DNA of 64,000 nt from NCBI GenBank assembly GCA_965214605.1, contig OZ243961.1:3488001-3552000 (forward strand). Reading direction: 5' to 3'. Origin of the DNA: an uncultured Candidatus Binatia bacterium (GTDB lineage Bacteria; Desulfobacterota; Binatia; Bin18). Under the pieces are notes generated by a model. It was not told where the DNA came from. It did no database searches and saw only the letters and a list, made by a program, of their open reading frames with translations. This document shows positions 58,210 through 64,000 of the stretch, piece by piece (within the stretch, counting starts at the first letter, position 1; each line of letters begins with the position of its first letter). Made by a program: the position numbers and the translations under genes.

Positions 58210-58922
58210 TTCCGCGACTCCATGGATCGTAGGGTTAAATATAAAAAGACCAGGGTGACGATCACAAAGAAGAAGACATCTTTGGTATTAATCACACCCT
58301 TCGCAAACGGCTCAAAGCGATCAAACAGGGAAATCCCCAGCAGTTCGTCTCCGACCGCCTCTTCATTCCAGGTTAAAAACCACCACGAGACGAGCACCGC
58401 ATAGGTCGACATGGCGCTGACCAACTGATTTTCGGTCAGCGACGAGATAAACGTGCCGCAGGCAATAAATGACGTACCTAACAGCAGAATACCGAAATAG
58501 CCTGCCAGGGGTGGTCCCCAGGCAAAGGCATGAATCGTTGACAGTAACAGCGGATAGAGCAGGGTGGCGACGACCATCAAGAAAAATACAAAAAAACAGG
58601 CCAAGAACTTGCCCAGAATGATGTGGGAGTCCTTGAGCGGGTAGGTCCACAGTAATTCGATCGTGCCCAGCTTTTTCTCCTCGGCAAACAGGCGCATGGT
58701 CAGCAACGGCAGGATGAGCAGGCTAAAGAAGCGTACGTCCTGAAAATAGTAGAACCACAGCGAGGTGGTGATATCCATAAAGTCACCGAACAGATCATAA
58801 AAAATCATGTCGGTGTAGAAAAAATATCCAGCCAGGACCAGAAAGGCTCCGGACAGAGCATAGGCGATGAACGAACCGTAGTAGAGTTGAAGTTCTTTTT
58901 TGAAAACGCACCAGAATTTCAT
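58191..58922 (-). CDS. ABC-2 type permease (GldF-like)
   Basis: KKELQLYY, PLLTMRLFAEEKKLGTIELLWTYP...ILGKF and SSLTENQ. Confidence 0.9.
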   Translation of the reverse strand: MKFWCVFKKELQLYYGSFIAYALSGAFLVLAGYFFYTDMIFYDLFGDFMDITTSLWFYYFQDVRFFSLLILPLLTMRLFAEEKKLGTIELLWTYPLKDSHIILGKFLACFFVFFLMVVATLLYPLLLSTIHAFAWGPPLAGYFGILLLGTSFIACGTFISSLTENQLVSAMSTYAVLVSWWFLTWNEEAVGDELLGISLFDRFEPFAKGVINTKDVFFFVIVTLVFLYLTLRSMESRKWRGTR

Positions 58923-58950
58923 TGTTCTACTCAGGCGAAAGGGGCTGTTC

Positions 58951-59928
58951 CTACTGTCGTTCTTCCTGCGCCGCCTGCCGGACCAACTGCAAATACATAT
59001 CCTCCAGGGTTGGCTCCAGAGAGCGAATTTCCAGCAAACCGCCCCCCTGCTCAAGCACGGTCCGACTAATCTCGGTTCGTACATCCTCCCCCTCATGTTC
59101 AACAATCCAGCACCTGGACCCGTTTCCGTCGGGGTGGATGGCTTCGCTATTCTGGTCCAGACGCACCTGCACCACACCAGGGAGACGGCTCAAGGCTTTT
59201 GGAACAGATTGGGCATGGGTGCCGGTCACCGTAACGCGAACCTGGCGATTTCGGCGCAGCTGGACGCGCAGGGTTTCGAGAGATTCTGAGGCAAGAATAC
59301 GGCCTTGATTGATAATAATGACCCGATCACACACCGAGCTGACCTCGGACAGGATATGGGTCGACAGAATGACTGTCCGCTCTGAGCCCAGATCACGGAT
59401 CAATTTGCGAATCTCCACCACTTGGGCTGGGTCAAGACCAATAGTCGGCTCATCAAGGATCAGGACCTGGGGTTTATGCATCAGAGCTTGGGCAATACCG
59501 ACCCGTTGACGATAGCCCTTAGACAGGTGGCCGATGATGCGGGTACGGACCTCTTGTAAGCCGCACGCTTCCATGACCTCGCCGAGTGCTCTCTTGCGCT
59601 CAGACCGGGGGACGTCTTTTGCCTCAGCCACAAACTTGAGAAAGCTTTGAACCGGCAGGTCGGGATACACCGCTACACGTTCGGGGAAATAGCCGACTAG
59701 CTCTTTGACCTGGTGGGCGTGGGTGACGACGTCATGAGCGCCGACGCTGGCTCGCCCCGAGGTTGGCGGAAAAAAGCCAGCCAAAATACGCATGGTGGTG
59801 CTTTTGCCAGCTCCGTTTGGGCCTAGGAAACCGACCACTTCGCCACGAGAGACCTGAAAGGAAACATTGTCAACGGCCAGAATAGGACCGAAGCGTTTGG
59901 TCACGTTTTCGACGCTAATCATACTCAT
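58951..59928 (-). CDS. ABC transporter ATP-binding protein (GldA-like)
   Basis: Walker A GPNGAGKST, signature LSKGYRQR and Walker B LILDEPT. Confidence 0.95.
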   Translation of the reverse strand: MSMISVENVTKRFGPILAVDNVSFQVSRGEVVGFLGPNGAGKSTTMRILAGFFPPTSGRASVGAHDVVTHAHQVKELVGYFPERVAVYPDLPVQSFLKFVAEAKDVPRSERKRALGEVMEACGLQEVRTRIIGHLSKGYRQRVGIAQALMHKPQVLILDEPTIGLDPAQVVEIRKLIRDLGSERTVILSTHILSEVSSVCDRVIIINQGRILASESLETLRVQLRRNRQVRVTVTGTHAQSVPKALSRLPGVVQVRLDQNSEAIHPDGNGSRCWIVEHEGEDVRTEISRTVLEQGGGLLEIRSLEPTLEDMYLQLVRQAAQEERQ

Positions 59929-60204
59929 AGTGGCATAACCTCTAAACCGGCACGATTATTCCTTCCTGGTGGGCGGGGAGAGTCTTCGTCATTGGCGCTC
60001 AGCCGACCCCCCGCTTGCCGATGACGGCTTCACCCAAACCGTCTCAAGCAGGCCTTCGCGGTAAGCCCCGCGCAAGGCCCCATACTCATGACTGTATCAG
60101 GCGCGTATCCACTATCATTGCCCATTTTTATCCGAACCCTGTTTCGCCCGCTCCTGCTCCTCTTGCGCAGCCGAACCCCGGCCATCGTAACCAAAAAAAG
60201 ACAG

Positions 60205-60242
60205 CGCCAAAAGCAACACGGGCGGCGCATCCGCCGCCCGTG
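60205..60242 (-). terminator. Intrinsic terminator downstream of the DUF1302-like gene
   Basis: 11-bp perfect stem CACGGGCGGCG/CGCCGCCCGTG (60217-60242) followed on the minus strand by TTGCTTTT. Confidence 0.7.
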
Positions 60243-60297
60243 GGAGAAGTTCCCGTGGACAAACGCCCACGGGCTTACCAGCTAGGAGTGACTCAAT

Positions 60298-62532
60298 TTA
60301 ATAGAGCAAGTACTGGAGCTCAAACCAGACACTGTCCTTATTCTTGAAGAAGCCGATTCCGGTGTATTTCCCGTCAATGAAGTTATAACGGATGCTGAGC
60401 CGGAACGGATCCCAGAACCACCAGTCGAGACCGGGCTGCAGCAGGTAGGCACCCGCCATATCGTAGAAAACGACAAACCGGGGTCGGACGTTACCCGCGT
60501 TATAACTGGTCGTGATCGCCAGGGTGAATACCTGCGAGATGGACTGCAGCTGCAACAGGCGCTTGAAATCACACGGTGGGGTGCTTCCTGGCGCGGTCGC
60601 ATTGAGACAGGCAGTGGTGCGGTTGCCGGTGCCGCCGATACGGTCTGCAAGCTCTTCCTCGCCCGGTCCGGTCGGCGCGGCCGAGCGCCGCGTCACACCG
60701 ATTGAGTGGGTATCGTTATCCCGCCCAACCGGGACGCCCTTCTTGTAACGCTTGACGTTGTTGGTGTGGCGGTGGAAGTACTGGCCCGAGAACACAAAAC
60801 TGTTGTTCTTGTTCAACCACCGAATCCACTGAATGTGGTCGATGCCGAGGACAAACGCCCACTGGTCACGGCTTGAGTGGTGACCGCTGCGGCAGCCTCG
60901 AATGCCCTGCGGACCCCAGCCCATGTGATCGTCGCAGTTGCCTTCGCTGGCCGAGAGCCCGTCTGCGAGGTAGCGCGGATCGTAGAGCGTATGGGAGGTG
61001 ATGCCCGCCGCGTGTAAGGGCCGGGTCATGAACCGTTGCATATTGACCAAGGATTCGCTTCCACCAGCGTACTGCTCCCGTAGTAGGTTGTTGCGGGTGT
61101 AAGTGAACTCAGCCCGAATCGTTGTGTACAGGTAGAACAGCGGACTGCTGCTGTCCACAAACATGCTGGTCAAGGCATTCAGCGGAAAGGACAGACTCCC
61201 GCCAGTGATCTGCACCCGCTTGGCGTGAATCGGGACGGGCAGGGTTCGTTCAACGGTACAGGGAACTCCGGCAAAGAGACCGCCCGGGCCGCCTCGATTA
61301 CACGGATCGTTCGGTCCCCAGGGGTTATTCTCTGGGGTTGCGTCTAGACCCGTTAGGGCTGTGAACGCATCCGGTAGCGAGTCATAGGCTAAGTGCATTG
61401 GTGTCGGTGAACCAATCGTCGCATCACTCAGGACGCTGTCCGACCAGGTGTAGTAGTGGGCCAGAGAGAAGGTAAAGTCGCGAATCGTCCCGATGATCCG
61501 CGCGCCCCCGCGGCTGTCGGATAGGCTGCTGTGCGGTCCGTGCGCTCGGGTCGAGCAGTTAAACTGATTGCCGTTGGTACTAAGACCCAAGTTCCCGGCT
61601 TTCTTGAGCGCTTGGCCGTATATTGGCCCACCGCACGGCATGCGATGCACACTGACCGGTGAGGTGTTGGTCCGGACGCTCCACATGCCGCCCTGGTGCA
61701 GGGCCGGAACTGCGGCCGTCCGATGGTCGGGGGAAACAAAGGCTTCTAGAGTCAGGTCCTGAATCGGCCCAACTCTGCCAAAGTTCCACTGTCCCCGCAA
61801 CATGAACAGTGGGATCCGTCGCTCGTCCAGAGGAGTGGTAAAACCGCCAAACCCGTTGTCAAGGGGGTTGATCTGGTCGAGCAGACGGAACGAATCCGCT
61901 TCACCCCAGGACAGGTTTTGGCGCCCAATCCGTAAAAACAGCGGTCCTTTGGTGATGTTGAAATACCACTCAAACAGCCGTAGTTGCTGGACCTTCTTCT
62001 CCAGAAAATTTTGGCTGGAGACATAGCCAAAGTTTTTGTAGCGGGCTAATTCGCCGGGGTACTTTTCGATGTAATAATTGCCAGTGGCATTCTGCCGCTG
62101 GCCGTAGTACTTATCCCAGAACTCGGTGCCGCCGCCGCCGTCGAGTTGCCGCCGGGCCGAAGCGCCGCCATACTCCCAGATGCCCTCAAACTCTTCGCGC
62201 AGGTTGAGATAGTAATCAAAGGCGTCCAGGTTCGCATACTGGAATAGAGTGCCTATGGTTGGGAACTCACGTGACAAGCGGTTCAGATTATGACGCCACT
62301 CCAGAGTCAGGTAGTTGCGGTGCTGAACTACATTGCCCCGTTTCCATAAACCTTTGCCGGTCCCGATCTCGTCGCCTTTACCGGTTTGAATAGTCGCTCG
62401 GGTATAGGCTTGACCAGACAAGCTCATTTCCCGACGCTCATCAAAGTAATATCCCCACGCGCTTGGTGCGGATAAGAGTAGGACAACCCCCGCGGCTAAC
62501 AGCCGCCTGAATCCCTGCCTGTACCTCCTCAT
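60298..62532 (-). CDS. DUF1302-like outer-membrane beta-barrel protein
   Basis: Signal peptide (AWG), LRIGRQNLSWGE...LLDQINPLD...RIPL, and an aromatic-rich C-terminal strand VWFELQYLLY. Adjacent to an RND gene. Confidence 0.7.
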   Translation of the reverse strand: MRRYRQGFRRLLAAGVVLLLSAPSAWGYYFDERREMSLSGQAYTRATIQTGKGDEIGTGKGLWKRGNVVQHRNYLTLEWRHNLNRLSREFPTIGTLFQYANLDAFDYYLNLREEFEGIWEYGGASARRQLDGGGGTEFWDKYYGQRQNATGNYYIEKYPGELARYKNFGYVSSQNFLEKKVQQLRLFEWYFNITKGPLFLRIGRQNLSWGEADSFRLLDQINPLDNGFGGFTTPLDERRIPLFMLRGQWNFGRVGPIQDLTLEAFVSPDHRTAAVPALHQGGMWSVRTNTSPVSVHRMPCGGPIYGQALKKAGNLGLSTNGNQFNCSTRAHGPHSSLSDSRGGARIIGTIRDFTFSLAHYYTWSDSVLSDATIGSPTPMHLAYDSLPDAFTALTGLDATPENNPWGPNDPCNRGGPGGLFAGVPCTVERTLPVPIHAKRVQITGGSLSFPLNALTSMFVDSSSPLFYLYTTIRAEFTYTRNNLLREQYAGGSESLVNMQRFMTRPLHAAGITSHTLYDPRYLADGLSASEGNCDDHMGWGPQGIRGCRSGHHSSRDQWAFVLGIDHIQWIRWLNKNNSFVFSGQYFHRHTNNVKRYKKGVPVGRDNDTHSIGVTRRSAAPTGPGEEELADRIGGTGNRTTACLNATAPGSTPPCDFKRLLQLQSISQVFTLAITTSYNAGNVRPRFVVFYDMAGAYLLQPGLDWWFWDPFRLSIRYNFIDGKYTGIGFFKNKDSVWFELQYLLY

Positions 62533-62657
62533 AAAGAACCCTCCTTGTGTTCGGCAAGTCTCCTATCTGTATGTGATCTTTTGGCTAGTCCGGAGCAGCC
62601 TCCCTTCTTCCACCGCAGCCTGGCATACACCCATGGGAAATGATTTGTCAAGCTTTC

Positions 62658-64000
62658 CTAAGCTCGTAGCTCCATCCCAATGTTGTGGCGGGTCGACCAC
62701 ATATGCTCGCCAACGGCCACGACTAAGGCTAAAATGCCCAGGGTCAGCAGATCGGCGTGGTTGGTGTAGACCAGGAGCGCCGAGGGAACGGCGATACAGG
62801 CCAGAATGACAAGCATGACCTTGTTAGGCAGAGGAAAGCGTGGCTTAAGTAGGGAGACCGTCCCAGGGATAAAGGCCAGCGCGCCGACCACGTGGAAGAA
62901 CAACAACAGGGTCAGCAGCACGGCCATTTCCGACTGGAACTTCATGGGAAAAAATATCCAGAAAATAACGCTGACCGTCAGCGTCGTGCCGGTGAACATG
63001 ATCGCCCGGCCGGTAGTCATCAGGGCCTCTTCAATGGCCCTGTCGTGGTCACCGAACCTCTGATACTCCTCAACAATCCGTGACAACACGTAATAGCCAT
63101 AATCAATACCGATGCCGATGCCGACCGCGGCGACCGGCAGCGAGTTGATATTGGCGTCAATGCCCATGCCGTACATCAAGCCCTCGGATAGTGGCTGGGC
63201 CACAATCGAGGGAATCATCACAATCAGTGCACCAACCACCGAGGCGTAGGTGAGCATGCTCAGGGTGAACACGGTGACCATGACCAAGATCAGATTCCAC
63301 TTGTACGACCACTCGACCTCGTCGTTGATAGCCGCCAACACCCCGAGCAGGCCGCCGGCTAGCCGGAAACGCAGGTCTTCGACCGGATTGTTGTAGATGA
63401 ACTCCTCGGCCATGGCAATCGAGCCGGTGACAGTGGCGTGGTTGTAATCCTTGTAATAAATCGTGACAGTGGCGTTGGTTGAGGTCTTATCGATAAAGCG
63501 ATCAAGATCGTCCGAGCCGACTGTGTTGAGGAACTGATAGAAAATATTGCCTACGTCACGCGGGTTGTTGGGGATGATTGCCCACTTGGGGATACCGAGC
63601 TGAAACAGCTGATACAGCCGTCGGGCCCAGGTGGTGATGCTGATGCTGCCACCGACCATCTCCTGCTCCTGCATATAGCGTTGGAATTTTTCCAGGGTCA
63701 GCAACGCCTCAGGATCTTTGATCGCGCCCTCGCGTTGGCCTTCGGCAATCACGATGAGGCGCGAGGCGCCAACAAATTGGTCGTTTACCTTATCGTACGA
63801 GACGTTGTACTCGTGGGTGTCGTATAACAGGGCTTTCCCGATCGACACATCGCCAATTTTGAGAAATTGAGCGTAAAACATGCCGCCTAGCAGGGCGACT
63901 GAGAACGAGCCAATCACCGCCCAGCGGTAGCCGCCATAGCTGATCTTGACCATGAAGCTGTTGATCGTGTTGTACAGCTTGTCCGAAAACCGGTGACCCG
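62658..64000 (-). CDS. RND/MMPL-family (hopanoid/sterol-type) transporter, 5'-truncated by the window
   Basis: AVGIGIGIDYGYY, ALMTTGRAIMFTG and KFQSEMA; frame open to the window edge. Confidence 0.85.
   Translation of the reverse strand, partial: GHRFSDKLYNTINSFMVKISYGGYRWAVIGSFSVALLGGMFYAQFLKIGDVSIGKALLYDTHEYNVSYDKVNDQFVGASRLIVIAEGQREGAIKDPEALLTLEKFQRYMQEQEMVGGSISITTWARRLYQLFQLGIPKWAIIPNNPRDVGNIFYQFLNTVGSDDLDRFIDKTSTNATVTIYYKDYNHATVTGSIAMAEEFIYNNPVEDLRFRLAGGLLGVLAAINDEVEWSYKWNLILVMVTVFTLSMLTYASVVGALIVMIPSIVAQPLSEGLMYGMGIDANINSLPVAAVGIGIGIDYGYYVLSRIVEEYQRFGDHDRAIEEALMTTGRAIMFTGTTLTVSVIFWIFFPMKFQSEMAVLLTLLLFFHVVGALAFIPGTVSLLKPRFPLPNKVMLVILACIAVPSALLVYTNHADLLTLGILALVVAVGEHMWSTRHNIGMELRA

Overview
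GC-rich bacterial chromosome segment. Gene content (trmFO-topA-dprA remnant, TPR/LolB-like pair, thiSGE, purHD, RRM proteins, Gld-like ABC system, DUF1302/RND) suggests a deltaproteobacteria-like lineage, but taxonomy is inferred only. Housekeeping blocks lie at about 2.7-17.6 kb and 49-60 kb. Between argS and tRNA-Thr(CGT) is an accessory region of about 31 kb with amide/C-N hydrolases, a single-chain biotin carboxylase and seven collapsed pseudogenes (an eighth, dprA, lies just outside). No integrase, IS or CRISPR array was seen. Main observations: (1) a six-gene operon at 43229-48989 (CDP-alcohol phosphatidyltransferase, GTP cyclohydrolase II-RibD reductase fusion, MDR dehydrogenase, Cys-less PTPS/QueD paralogue, GT4, methyltransferase) next to ino1 and a Na+:solute symporter, which probably makes an uncharacterised GTP-derived glycosylated and possibly lipid-linked compound; its cyclohydrolase domain has lost catalytic residues. 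(2) A two-domain sulfurtransferase whose catalytic Cys codon is TGA followed by a SECIS-like hairpin, i.e. a probable selenoprotein that the ORF track truncates. (3) A promoter plus terminator/antiterminator leader upstream of tandem RRM genes. (4) A 31-bp promoter-like element shared by two distant hydrolase loci. All assignments come from motif recognition by eye; no searches were run.
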